A stretch of DNA of 64,000 bases, taken from positions 4,000,001 through 4,064,000 of the forward strand of contig OZ257142.1 of the NCBI GenBank assembly GCA_965279035.1, given 5' to 3'. A model generated the notes under the pieces. It ran no database searches. It was not told the origin of the DNA and worked only from the letters and a program-made list of their open reading frames with translations. Each line of letters opens with the position of its first letter. Position 1 is the first letter of the stretch. The position numbers and the translations under genes are program-made. Shown here one piece after another: positions 1 to 10,434 of this stretch. This DNA is from Bacteroidia bacterium (GTDB lineage Bacteria; Bacteroidota; Bacteroidia; M30B66).

Positions 1-272
1 TTGGGTTATGAAAAGCTTCACCGATCGTAAGAATTATATTAGTAAGCTATTGTCATACAAGGACAAAGACTTAATAAAAGTTGTAAGTGGACTAAGACGT
101 TCAGGGAAAAGTACTTTATTAGAATTGTATATAGATGAATTAAAACGGCAAGGGATTGGGAAGAGGCAAATCCAATTTTACAATTTTGAACTTCCCGAAA
201 ACTATTTGAACAAAACCTGGGATGTAATTTATTTTGAAATAAAGAGAAAGCTCCAAATTGACCGTATTAATT

Positions 273-1643
273 CACACCCGTCCAAGACGTTTGTATAACG
301 AAAATACAATCCTGATTTGATGCGAGATTACTCATCAAAGAACGCTCTTTTGAAAATTAAACCCTCTATAATTTAAAAAAGGGACATTTGTAATTCCAGT
401 TTATCAATTTCGTCATCATCTAAAAAGGGTTTATCAAGCCATTTTTTGAGGTCAATTTTCACAAAGAGATTTAATCGAATAAAGGACACCAAATTTGAGA
501 GGTGCCAAGAGTGTTTTGCTTCCTTTTGAAGTGTCTTTAAAAGCAGTATGGTGATTAGTGCTGTCCAAATCTGTATCAGAACAGCATTCATGCTGGTTCC
601 TATGAAAGACTTGATTTTCAGGTGTGTTTTGATCTCCTTGAAGAACGATTCGATGCTCCATCTACGTTTATATAGTTCTGAAATGGTCGATGCTGTCCAA
701 GAAAAATTGTTTGTAAGAAGTTCAAGATATATCTGTTGTTCTTCATCCCAGATCTGAACCATTCGGAGCTTTTGCGGGTATTTTTCTTTTGATTGAGGTA
801 AACTCAAAAAGCCTTTCCAGTCGTATTGCAAGTCTGGATTTGCTTCATCGGTTGGGCTCTTAGTTCGCTCATAAAGTTCAAACTGAATGTTTTCTTTTCC
901 TCGAATAACAAAGAATACTCCTTGTTCATCTAATTTTCTCATCCAGTTAAAATCGACATATCCTCTATCAGCTACAACAATGCTTCCTGTGGGAAATTCA
1001 ATATCATGTGCTGCATTTACATCGTGCTTTTTGCCATCACTCAAATCAGCAAAAACGGGCATACAGCCGTCAAAGTCAAGGACTGTGTGAAGTTTTATAG
1101 CTCCCTTCTTCTTTCGAAATAGTGCCCAGTCGAACACTTTAAGACAAAGGTCAATCGTGGTTGAATCGAGCAGATAGATTTTACGTTTGGGAAGCAGCTT
1201 TCGGCTTGTTTTTAAGGTTGATTCAAACTGCTCATACAAGTTAAAATACATCGCTTGAAACAGCTCCCAGTTGCGATGTTGGTTATTATATGCCAACGAT
1301 GATCGCCTCATGGCTTTTGACACTCCCAGATGATTTAAATCGCCTGTTGCTGATCGCATTCCATTGCAAACGTCATTTAAGCTATTAGACTTGGAAAACT
1401 GGCAAAAAACCATTGTCACAAAGTGAGACCAAGCATCATTGCCTTTACAATGTTTATTGGACTCAAACTTTTCTACTAGTTTATTGAAAGAATCTCGCTT
1501 AATTTTTTGGAATATCTGAGCAAATAATGTGATCTTCATGCCGGAGTTGGTTTATGTTTTTGTGTCGTAACTCAAACATACCGGATTTAATCCGGACCAA
1601 CTCTATTTTTTTACCCTATTTTAAAACGTCTTGGACGGGTGTG
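273..1643 (-). mobile_element. IS4-family insertion sequence, 1371 bp
   Basis: Perfect 20-bp terminal IRs CACACCCGTCCAAGACGTTT (273-292) and its reverse complement (1624-1643). 9-bp target duplication GTATTAATT at 264-272 and 1644-1652. One internal transposase ORF. Confidence 0.96.
373..1539 (-). CDS. IS4-family DDE transposase (DUF4372-like N-terminus)
   Basis: DDE motifs LLDSTTI and VADRGY, plus the YREK-like signature YKRRWSIESFFKEIK; ORF intact (388 aa). Confidence 0.95.
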   Translation of the reverse strand: MKITLFAQIFQKIKRDSFNKLVEKFESNKHCKGNDAWSHFVTMVFCQFSKSNSLNDVCNGMRSATGDLNHLGVSKAMRRSSLAYNNQHRNWELFQAMYFNLYEQFESTLKTSRKLLPKRKIYLLDSTTIDLCLKVFDWALFRKKKGAIKLHTVLDFDGCMPVFADLSDGKKHDVNAAHDIEFPTGSIVVADRGYVDFNWMRKLDEQGVFFVIRGKENIQFELYERTKSPTDEANPDLQYDWKGFLSLPQSKEKYPQKLRMVQIWDEEQQIYLELLTNNFSWTASTISELYKRRWSIESFFKEIKTHLKIKSFIGTSMNAVLIQIWTALITILLLKTLQKEAKHSWHLSNLVSFIRLNLFVKIDLKKWLDKPFLDDDEIDKLELQMSLF

Positions 1644-2647
1644 GTATTAATTATATTATTTTAGATGAGGTACAAAATATTCCACATTTTGAAAAATTAG
1701 TGGATGGACTATTTGCTTCCGAAAATACGGATGTATACATAACAGGATCAAATGCCTACTTATTGAGCAGTGAATTAGCTACATTATTAAGTGGACGATT
1801 TATCGAAATTTCAATCTTACCTTTTTCATTCAAAGAGTACTTAATCGCACGCAATATTGATATAAAGATTACTTATCTGAATTATGAAGCTTTGTTTTTC
1901 GAATATGTAAATGAAACATCATTACCAAAAGGAATAGAACTTAGAGATGGAGGCTTTGATAAAATATATGAGTATTTAGAAGCAATTTATTCTACTATCA
2001 TTGAAAAAGATATAACTCAACGTCATCAAATAAATGATAAGCGTGCATTTGCAAATATTACGAAGTTTATAGCTTCAACAATTGGAAGTCAGCTTTCACC
2101 TAGTAATATTTCAAAAACATTAATAATTGACGGGAAAAATATTCACCATTCAACTGTAGAGAAATACATTGATTATTTAGTTGGAAGTTTTGTATTTTAC
2201 AAAGTAAATCGTTTCGATTTAAAAGGTAGAAAACAATTAGCAACTCAAGAGAAATATTATTTGGTAGATGTAGGATTATTAAATGTTTTGGTCGGACGTG
2301 AATCGAAAGCTGATAAAGGACATATATTAGAAAATATTGTTTGTTTAGAGCTCATTCGAAGAGGTTATAAAATTTGGACAGGAACTACACGTAATAATGA
2401 AATTGATTTTGTTTGTAAAAATTCAGTTGGAAATATTGAATACTACCAAGTTGCATGGCAAATAACCGATAACCAAACAGCTGATAGAGAATTTAGCGCA
2501 CTTGAAAAGATTAAAGATAATTATCCAAAATATTTACTATCAACAGATTCATTTACACAAAACAGAAGCGGAATTCAACACTTAAACGTTTTTAAATGGT
2601 TGCTCGAATTATCTAATTAATTCCATTAAGAAATCCCCCACAATTTC

Positions 2648-3268
2648 ATGTCAGACTTCTCCTATCTCGCAAGGTATAAAGATGAAAATCGCTTATTAAT
2701 TCAAAGCGAAATTTCTGCAAATAGAATCGTATTTATAGGTGATTCTATTACCGAATTTTGGTCTATGGAATATCCAGAATTTTTCGAGAATTCGAACTAC
2801 ATAAATCGAGGTATTCGTGGTCAAACAACACCACAAATTTTGGGGCGATTCGAACAAGACGTCATTCAATTAAAACCTAAATCTGTCCACATTTTAGCTG
2901 GCACCAACGACATTGCTGGAAATACCGGCGTAATGACCTTGGAAATGACTCAAAACAATATCCAAAGAATGGCTGAGATGGCTCTAGATAATGGAATTCA
3001 AGTTCTTTATGGATCTGTTCTTCCCGCCTGTAGTTATCCTTGGAAACCAAATAGTAATCCATGTGAAAAAATCATAGAATTAAATACATGGATTCAACAT
3101 TTTGCACAAATAAATAATGGGGTTTATATCGATTATCATTCAGCTTTGCGAGATGAGAAAGGCTGCATGAAATTCGAATATTCTCATGATGGTGTTCATC
3201 CTAATAAAAATGGATATGCTTGTATGACAATAATTTTTAATTTAGTCATAACACAATCTGAAAAATAA
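2648..3268 (+). CDS. SGNH/GDSL hydrolase
   Basis: Blocks FIGDSIT, NRGIRGQTT, LAGTND and DGVHPN. Confidence 0.9.
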   Translation: MSDFSYLARYKDENRLLIQSEISANRIVFIGDSITEFWSMEYPEFFENSNYINRGIRGQTTPQILGRFEQDVIQLKPKSVHILAGTNDIAGNTGVMTLEMTQNNIQRMAEMALDNGIQVLYGSVLPACSYPWKPNSNPCEKIIELNTWIQHFAQINNGVYIDYHSALRDEKGCMKFEYSHDGVHPNKNGYACMTIIFNLVITQSEK

Positions 3269-3305
3269 TTTGAACGTTATTCATGCACTACTCAAAAAGC
3301 TGATT

Positions 3306-3644
3306 ATGCGCATCTTACTTTTTACAATTTCACTAAGTTCCCTGCTCGTTTCCTGCCATAAAAACGAAGTCATTACCGGACCACCTACTTGTTTGAGTAA
3401 TAAAATATCCGACTTTACCCAAATGGCTTGTCAAAATGGAGCATCCGCAAGGAAATATACTTTTCAGAATTCAACAGTGTATGTACTCGATCCTGGAAAC
3501 TGCGGAGCTGATATGCAATCAATCGTTTTAGATGAACAATGTAATTCGCTTGGTACATTAGGCGGAATTACAGGAAATACTCAAATAAACGGTGTCGATT
3601 TTAGTTCTTCCTCTCAGTATATTGAAACTGTTTGGACGAATTAA
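3306..3644 (+). CDS. Small Cys-containing lipoprotein (DUF6970-like)
   Basis: Lipobox LLVSC after MRILLF (likely start 3306); C-terminal C..LG.LGGITG...G.DF pattern. Confidence 0.6.
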   Translation: MRILLFTISLSSLLVSCHKNEVITGPPTCLSNKISDFTQMACQNGASARKYTFQNSTVYVLDPGNCGADMQSIVLDEQCNSLGTLGGITGNTQINGVDFSSSSQYIETVWTN

Positions 3645-4796
3645 TTATTTCAAAAACAAGGAAGCAATTCTACGTGTTTCTGAATCCGTTTTCACATATT
3701 CCTCATACGTTGGTTTTGCTGTCCAGGTAAGCGTTTGCATACAATGTTCGAGCAAATCACTCATCGCCAAAAATCCAATTTTATCTTGCAAAAAAGCAGC
3801 AACAGCTATTTCATTCGCTGCATTTAAAATACAAGGCATCGTACCTCCTTTTTTCAAGGCTTCATAGGCCAAATCCAAATTGCGAAATGTAGATCGATCC
3901 ACTTGCTCAAAAGTTAAAGCAGGATAATTCAGAAAATTAAATCGGGGAAAATCACTCTTCAAACGTTTCGGATATCCCAAAGCATATTGAATGGGCAGCT
4001 TCATATCTGGAAGTCCCATTTGTGCTTTCATCGAACCATCTTGAAACTGAACGATACTATGAATAATCGACTGCGGATGAACAATCACATCTATTTGCTC
4101 AGGCTTTAGATTAAATAACCATCGAGCCTCAATGACTTCCAATCCTTTATTCATCAAACTTGCCGAATCGATGGTGATTTTAGCACCCATGTCCCAATTG
4201 GGATGTTTTAAGGCTTGAGCTTTTGTTGCAGTGGCCAAAAATTTCCGGTCTTTTCCACGAAATGGACCACCAGATGCAGTTAGATAAATCTTCTCTATCG
4301 GATCCTCCCATTCTCCAGCCAAGCATTGAAAAATAGCCGAATGCTCCGAATCAACTGGATAAATATTCACTCCGTGTTGCTTTGCTAAGGAAGTGACCAA
4401 TTCTCCAGCAACAACCAAGGTTTCCTTATTCGCCAATGCGATGTGTTTTCCTGCTTTAATTGCCGCTAAGGTTGGTCGAAGTCCAGCATAACCCACACAA
4501 GCTGTTAAAACGATTTGCGTGCTCTCCTGTTCCATCATTTGAGTAATCGCATCTTCGCCACAATACACCTTCACCGGATAATTCTCTAAACCCGATTTTA
4601 CTTCATCGTATTTTTCTTCATTCCCAATTACTACCGTTCCGGGAAGAAATTCCACAGCCTGTGCTATCAGCAAACTCGCATTCGATTGTGCAGTCAAACA
4701 ATCAATTTCGAAAACATCCGGATTTGCTCGAACTACATCGAGCGCCTGTGTACCAATAGAACCTGTAGAACCGAGAATGCTGATATGCTTTTTCAC
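3645..4796 (-). CDS. dxr: 1-deoxy-D-xylulose 5-phosphate reductoisomerase
   Basis: LGSTGSIG, LANKETLV, PVDSEHSAIFQ, TASGGPF, HPNWDMGAKITIDSA; GTG start. Confidence 0.98.
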   Translation of the reverse strand: MKKHISILGSTGSIGTQALDVVRANPDVFEIDCLTAQSNASLLIAQAVEFLPGTVVIGNEEKYDEVKSGLENYPVKVYCGEDAITQMMEQESTQIVLTACVGYAGLRPTLAAIKAGKHIALANKETLVVAGELVTSLAKQHGVNIYPVDSEHSAIFQCLAGEWEDPIEKIYLTASGGPFRGKDRKFLATATKAQALKHPNWDMGAKITIDSASLMNKGLEVIEARWLFNLKPEQIDVIVHPQSIIHSIVQFQDGSMKAQMGLPDMKLPIQYALGYPKRLKSDFPRFNFLNYPALTFEQVDRSTFRNLDLAYEALKKGGTMPCILNAANEIAVAAFLQDKIGFLAMSDLLEHCMQTLTWTAKPTYEEYVKTDSETRRIASLFLK

Positions 4797-5051
4797 CTGA
4801 ATTGCTTGTTGGCACGAAGAACGAAAAAAATTAGGCAGCTTGTAACTATCTACTCAATTATCAATCTCAAACCTGCACAATTCTATTCATAATGATAATT
4901 CTAATGCAGTATATAATGAACGAAGCTTCTTTTCGTTATCCCATCCCAATCTGTTTTTTTTCCTGTTCAACCAAACATTTGTCTGTTTAAATAAATCTTC
5001 TTGTTTTAATTCAATACAAGCGTGCATCTTCGCATTCGCAAAATATACCCA

Positions 5052-7385
5052 ATGCCCCAACCTTTTCGAATACTCTTTTTACTGCTCATTTTCTCTTGGG
5101 CAAGTAGAACTCTTCAAGCTCAGAATCTCAGTATCAGTGGCACTTTAACCGATATCAAATCGGGCGAACAGCTTGTTGGTGCGCTGGTCACGGTGAAAGA
5201 ATTACCCGGTACAGGCGTTGCAGCCAATAGCTATGGATATTATTCTTTGCAACTCAAACCGGGATCCTATACGCTCGTTTTCAGTTATATCGGTTATACA
5301 TCGCGAAACGAATCAATCACCTTGGTCGATAAAAATTTGTATCGAAATATTGCACTCGAACAAGTTGGTAGAGAGATAAAAGAAGTTGAAATAAAAGGGG
5401 AAAGGCCCGATGAAAACCTAACTCGCGTGCAAATGGGTGTGGAAAAACTATCACCCCGTGAAATAAAAACGATTCCCGTATTATTTGGCGAGCAAGATGT
5501 TCTCAAAACATTGCAATTATTACCCGGTGTGAAAGGCGCTGGTGAAGGAAATGCCGGATTTTACGTTCGCGGTGGTGCTGCTGATCAAAACTTGATTCTT
5601 TTGGACGAAGCTCCTGTGTACAATGCTTCGCACTTACTCGGATTTTTTTCGGTGTTTAATTCTGATGCGATCAAAGATGTAACACTTTACAAAAGTGCCA
5701 TGCCAGCTGAATTTGGTGGTAGAGTTTCTTCTGTGCTCGATGTGAAAATGAACGATGGAAATCAAAAACGATTCAACGCATTAGGTGGTGTTGGGTTGAT
5801 TTCTTCGCGTTTAACCATCGAAGCTCCAGTGATAAAAGATCGTAGTTCCTTGATTGTTTCAGGGAGAAGAACCTATGCCGATATGTTCCTCAAGCTTTCA
5901 AATAAGGAAGACCTTCGAAAATCAAAACTTTATTTCTACGATCTGAATGCGAAATTCAATTATAAAATCAACGATAAAAACCGCATTTATGTAAGTGGAT
6001 ATTTTGGACGTGATAATTTTGGATTCTCCGATGTGTTTAAGTTTAGTTGGGGAAATACAACCGCTACTGCTCGATGGAATCACTTGTTTTCGGATAAATT
6101 ATTCTCCAATACTTCAGCTATTTATAGCAATTACGATTATCAAATTTCTCTTACCGCAGGTGAAGATGAAGTCAATATTTCATCCACCATACGCGATATC
6201 AACCTCAAACAAGACTACCAGTATTTTGCAAATAATCGTCACACAATTAAATTCGGTTGGAATAGTATTTACCACACCTTTTTACCCGGAAAAATTGATG
6301 CTACCGGAGCTTTTAGTAATGTGATTTCAAACGAAAATCGCTATGCATGGGAAAACGCGGTATATGGAAGTGATGAGTGGAAAGTCAATGGATTAATAAC
6401 CATCAGCTATGGATTGCGGATGAGCGAATTCAGTTATCTCGGCCCTGGAACAATTTACACCTATACCAAAGAAGGATATATTGCTACCGAACGTTATGCT
6501 AAAAAAGGAGAACTCGTTAAAAGTTACCTGAATGCAGAACCCCGACTAAGTGCTAATTACCACATCGACGAAAAACAAAGCATCAAAGGAGCCTATGCGC
6601 GTACTGTGCAGAATTTGCATTTATTGTCGAACACAACCTCTGGAAATCCAACAGATATCTGGGTTCCAAGTTCCAATAACGTGAAACCGGAATTATGTGA
6701 TCAATATTCAGTTGGTTATTTCCGGAATTTCAAAGAGAATATGTTTGAATTTTCTGCAGAAACGTATTACAAATGGATGCAGAATCAAATTGATTATCGC
6801 AATGGTGCTGAGTTAACGTTTAATCAACAGGTTGAAGGTGAACTCGTTTATGGTGTTGGAAGAGCTTACGGACTTGAATTATTAATCCGAAAAAAATTAG
6901 GCAAATTCACTGGTTGGGTTGGTTATACTCTTTCTCGTACCGAACGGAAATTTGATGAGATTAATGATGGGAAATACTTTGCTGCTCGACAAGATCGCAC
7001 TCACGATATTTCCATTGTGGCGATGTATGCCTTGAATAAAAAATTCTCCTTATCAGCTAACTGGGTGTATTATACCGGAAATGCGGTGACCTTCCCAAGT
7101 GGTAAATATCAGGTGGATGGACAAACCGTGAACTACTATACTGAACGAAACGGTTACCGAATGCCTGCTTATCACCGACTCGATTTAGGCTTGACTTGGT
7201 ACCGTAAAAGTACCGACACATACGAATCGAATTGGAACTTCAGTATTTACAATGCTTACGCACGGCGAAACGCTTACACAATTAGCTTCCGCGATAGCGA
7301 AACAAATCCCGGAACCACCGAAGCTGTAAAACTCTCATTATTTCGCATGGTTCCTTCAATCACCTATAATTTTCATTTCAAATGA
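5052..7385 (+). CDS. TonB-dependent receptor with N-terminal carboxypeptidase-regulatory-like domain
   Basis: Signal peptide, ISGTLTD..SGE.LVGA, plug LQLLPGV...YVRGG..DQN, beta-barrel with aromatic C-terminus (YNFHFK); likely start 5052. Confidence 0.92.
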   Translation: MPQPFRILFLLLIFSWASRTLQAQNLSISGTLTDIKSGEQLVGALVTVKELPGTGVAANSYGYYSLQLKPGSYTLVFSYIGYTSRNESITLVDKNLYRNIALEQVGREIKEVEIKGERPDENLTRVQMGVEKLSPREIKTIPVLFGEQDVLKTLQLLPGVKGAGEGNAGFYVRGGAADQNLILLDEAPVYNASHLLGFFSVFNSDAIKDVTLYKSAMPAEFGGRVSSVLDVKMNDGNQKRFNALGGVGLISSRLTIEAPVIKDRSSLIVSGRRTYADMFLKLSNKEDLRKSKLYFYDLNAKFNYKINDKNRIYVSGYFGRDNFGFSDVFKFSWGNTTATARWNHLFSDKLFSNTSAIYSNYDYQISLTAGEDEVNISSTIRDINLKQDYQYFANNRHTIKFGWNSIYHTFLPGKIDATGAFSNVISNENRYAWENAVYGSDEWKVNGLITISYGLRMSEFSYLGPGTIYTYTKEGYIATERYAKKGELVKSYLNAEPRLSANYHIDEKQSIKGAYARTVQNLHLLSNTTSGNPTDIWVPSSNNVKPELCDQYSVGYFRNFKENMFEFSAETYYKWMQNQIDYRNGAELTFNQQVEGELVYGVGRAYGLELLIRKKLGKFTGWVGYTLSRTERKFDEINDGKYFAARQDRTHDISIVAMYALNKKFSLSANWVYYTGNAVTFPSGKYQVDGQTVNYYTERNGYRMPAYHRLDLGLTWYRKSTDTYESNWNFSIYNAYARRNAYTISFRDSETNPGTTEAVKLSLFRMVPSITYNFHFK

Positions 7386-8179
7386 TCCATTTAGCTAAAT
7401 ATATCAATGCATTTTTACTTCTCATTCTTGCATTAAGCAGTTGTGAAAAAGTGATTGATTTGCCTTTACGTGATAGTGATGCCCGCTTAGTGATTGAAGG
7501 TGGAATTACTGATGATTCCGGATCATGCAGCGTGCGACTCTCTCGAGTAGTAAACTACAGCGAAAGCAATGATCCGAAACTCGTATCAGGTGCTTCAGTA
7601 AGTCTCTTCGATAATGGAAGCGAGTTCGCGCTTCCAGAAATTCAAACTGGAATCTACGCGAATCCTCAACTCAAAGGAATTCCAGGACATGAATATCGCT
7701 TGGTCGTTACTGTTGATGGGACTACGTATTCCTCAACCAGCGTCATGAATAGCAAAGTGGAGATTGATTCGTTGAGTTTAGAAAAGCAGTCGTTTTTCTT
7801 CGATACTTCTTTAGTTACTCATGTACATTTTACCGATCCTGCTGGAATTGAAAACTATTATCGCTATCGTTTTCGTTTGGGAGATACATTGAGTAAAGAC
7901 ATCCAAATTGATCGTGATTTATTTTTCGATGGACAAGATATTGACCAGCCACTTTTTGGAGGTGGTGGAAAGCCTCATCCTGGAGATACCATTTTCGTTG
8001 AGCTTTGGGGAATTGATAAAGGCGTTTATGAATATTATAATACACTCAATGGAATTCTAGGCGGTGCAGGACCATCAGTGGCTTCACCTGCAAATCCAAC
8101 TAGTAATATTACTGGTGGGGCGATGGGTTATTTTTCGGCCTATACTATTTCCAGAAGCTGGATAATTCCACACCCTTGA
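7382..8179 (+). CDS. DUF4249-family lipoprotein
   Basis: LSSCEKVID lipobox, LVIEG, FTDPAG.ENYY, NPTSNITGGAMGYFSA; ATGA overlap with the TonB receptor gene. Confidence 0.88.
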   Translation: MIHLAKYINAFLLLILALSSCEKVIDLPLRDSDARLVIEGGITDDSGSCSVRLSRVVNYSESNDPKLVSGASVSLFDNGSEFALPEIQTGIYANPQLKGIPGHEYRLVVTVDGTTYSSTSVMNSKVEIDSLSLEKQSFFFDTSLVTHVHFTDPAGIENYYRYRFRLGDTLSKDIQIDRDLFFDGQDIDQPLFGGGGKPHPGDTIFVELWGIDKGVYEYYNTLNGILGGAGPSVASPANPTSNITGGAMGYFSAYTISRSWIIPHP

Positions 8180-8189
8180 CAGGAATTTT

Positions 8190-8633
8190 CTATAAATAAA
8201 CGTTCAGAAATAGAAGGGAACTCTGAGCGACAATAGCGTAAAAATTAAATCGAAACTGCTCATTCTTCCAAAGCTGTTGATGCTTACTTTTTTTCAAATA
8301 GAAAATGGTGCAGATTGGAAGAATTAAAATCAATCCAATTAGGAAATTAAATTCAGCCATTCGTTTTATTCCTATCCAAAACACTGGAATAAATACGAGT
8401 ATTAATACAAACCAATATACAATAGAAAGGTAGCTTTTATTGACTTTTTCAGATGAAAATGTTAGTTGAAAAATAGATGGTATTGCAAGAATGAAAGAGC
8501 GAATAATTAAAAATAATTGAGGCAACCAAGTACTTCGTGAAACACCTTGAACTATTTCAATTATCCAAACAGAAATAACCAAGCAGGTGAAAACTACATT
8601 GACAAATGCTATTGATTTAGGAATCATTCTCAT
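8190..8633 (-). CDS. Hypothetical multi-pass membrane protein
   Basis: 147 aa with 4-5 hydrophobic segments; AT-rich. Confidence 0.55.
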   Translation of the reverse strand: MRMIPKSIAFVNVVFTCLVISVWIIEIVQGVSRSTWLPQLFLIIRSFILAIPSIFQLTFSSEKVNKSYLSIVYWFVLILVFIPVFWIGIKRMAEFNFLIGLILILPICTIFYLKKSKHQQLWKNEQFRFNFYAIVAQSSLLFLNVYL

Positions 8634-8913
8634 GTATTCAGTTGGTTAATTTATGAATATTGAATGAAGCCATATTTACAATAATCTTTGATTCACAAGC
8701 TTATCAAGAATAAAGTAATTTAAATCGAAAAAGCTGTTTATTCCAAAGTAAAAACCTTTGATTTCTGTTTAAGAGAAATAGTGTGGATTGATTTACAATA
8801 CTAAGAGAATAGATTAAAGTAACCATAGCAAAAAAAGATCGTATCATTGGATTGTACGTAATATATCCGTACATTTACAAATAAACACGATTGGGAGCTC
8901 ATCACAATTACAT

Positions 8914-9201
8914 ATGAAAACATCAGATAAAGCAAGATTCGATACGCGTCTTCCCAAAGAACAGAAAGAGCTTTTTGAATATGCTGCACAAATAGGCGGT
9001 TTCAGGAACTTAACAGATTATGTTATAAACGTTCTATTGGAGAAATCAACATTAATCATTGAAAGACACAATACACTATTGGAAACAAAGAGAGATCAAG
9101 AATTATTTTTTGATGCTATAACAAAGGACATTGAACCCAATACTACTTTACAATTAGCTGCAACTAAGTATAAAAAATTAATTAAAAAATTAAATGGATA
9201 A
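8914..9201 (+). CDS. DUF1778 ribbon-helix-helix antitoxin (TacA/AtaR-like)
   Basis: ARFDTRL..EQKELFEYAA..GG.RNLTDYV and FFDAI....PN..L..A; overlaps the GNAT gene by 8 bp. Confidence 0.9.
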   Translation: MKTSDKARFDTRLPKEQKELFEYAAQIGGFRNLTDYVINVLLEKSTLIIERHNTLLETKRDQELFFDAITKDIEPNTTLQLAATKYKKLIKKLNG

Positions 9202-9703
9202 TTCTTATTTAACGCATGTTTTAAACCCATCACACATAAAAGAGTATTTCGATTGCACAAAGGATTTATTGAATGGATATATACGTAAACAAGCAAGTCA
9301 AGATGTTAAAAGAAGAATTTCAGCTTGTTTTGTTATTGTTGATGAAAATAATTTAGTTAAAGGATATTATACTCTTTCAAGTGCGAGTATTCAACGAGAG
9401 CTTCTCCCTTTGAAAATCATTAAAAAACTTCCAGAATCATATACAGATTTGCCAGTTACCTTGTTAGGTAGATTAGCTGTAGATAAAAATGAATTTGGAA
9501 AAGGCTTAGGAGAGATGCTATTGCTTGATGCCTTGAAGAGGTCGTTTGATGCTTCCATTCGAACTATTGGATCAATGGCTGTGATTGTCGATCCAATTGA
9601 CAAGGAAGCAATGAATTTTTACAATAAGTATGGCTTTATTTTAATTCCAGATAGTGGCAAGATGTTTCTAACAATGAAAACAATTGCGAAACTATTTGAA
9701 TAA
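9194..9703 (+). CDS. GNAT-family acetyltransferase toxin (TacT/AtaT-like)
   Basis: FDC...LN.YIRKQASQD, GYYTLS, LLGRLAVD, GKGLG (acetyl-CoA motif), FYNKYGF. Confidence 0.9.
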   Translation: MDNSYLTHVLNPSHIKEYFDCTKDLLNGYIRKQASQDVKRRISACFVIVDENNLVKGYYTLSSASIQRELLPLKIIKKLPESYTDLPVTLLGRLAVDKNEFGKGLGEMLLLDALKRSFDASIRTIGSMAVIVDPIDKEAMNFYNKYGFILIPDSGKMFLTMKTIAKLFE

Positions 9704-9720
9704 AAGAAAAGGTGGTTTGA

Positions 9721-10434
9721 CTATGCTAATTTTCGCACATCATACCATCCATTTTTGAATGATTGCTGATTGACGAAAAGCGAAATAATTGTTTTTGCAA
9801 CTTCATCTGCAGAAGATAAAATCTTGTTCTCTTTTAGTTCGATAAAACGTTCCTGTTTCGAAAACTGCTTCGGCTTACTTGATCGAATTTCTTCCTGCAT
9901 TTTAGTATCTATCACACCAGGAGCAATGGAATACAAGCGTGTTTGAAAATCATTGCGGATTTCGCGTTCAAGGATACATGATTCAATGACCATATCCATA
10001 GCTGCTTTACTGCCACAATACATACTCCAGCCATCATAGGCTTCTTGTGATGCACCACTACTTATGGAAAGAACCGTTCGTTTTCTTCCTTCCGTTTGGG
10101 AGATAAATCGATTTAAGATGACACTTGATGCAATCACATTCAAAATCAATCCTGACTCTAAGCCTTCATTGGAAACTTCACCCAAATAACCTATCTCACC
10201 GAGTGTTGCTGCATTATTAATTAACAGAAATTCTTCCGCCGAATCATCAACATGTAAATCTACAGTAACAGCAATTCCAGCTTTCGATAAATCAGCAATC
10301 ACCGAAGTATAATTTGAATGTTCGATTGAATGCGTGCGTGAAATCCCAACCACATTCCAGCCTTCTTGCAAAAGTTCTTCAGCTAGTGCTTTTCCTAATC
10401 CACGCGAAGTGCCGGTGATGATTGCCTGTTTCAC
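9721..10434 (-). CDS. Short-chain dehydrogenase/reductase (sepiapterin/benzil reductase-like)
   Basis: TGTSRGLG, LINNAA, SSGAS, YCGSK, APGVIDT. Confidence 0.88.
   Translation of the reverse strand: MKQAIITGTSRGLGKALAEELLQEGWNVVGISRTHSIEHSNYTSVIADLSKAGIAVTVDLHVDDSAEEFLLINNAATLGEIGYLGEVSNEGLESGLILNVIASSVILNRFISQTEGRKRTVLSISSGASQEAYDGWSMYCGSKAAMDMVIESCILEREIRNDFQTRLYSIAPGVIDTKMQEEIRSSKPKQFSKQERFIELKENKILSSADEVAKTIISLFVNQQSFKNGWYDVRKLA

Larger units (their letters stand above)
8..2620 (+). pseudogene. AAA_14/DUF4143-type ATP-binding protein interrupted by an IS4-family element (pieces 8-272 and 1653-2620)
   Basis: The 5' piece has Walker A GLRRSGKS. The 3' piece has Walker B YIILDEVQ, YITGSNA, LSGRF, KYYLVDVGL and EIDFV. 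Removing the IS and one TSD copy gives an in-frame 410-aa ORF (...KLQIDRINYIILDEVQ...). Confidence 0.93.

Noticed and set aside
1631-2620. Independent 329-aa gene
   Set aside because: It is the 3' part of the IS-split ATPase; its TTG start lies within the IS inverted repeat.
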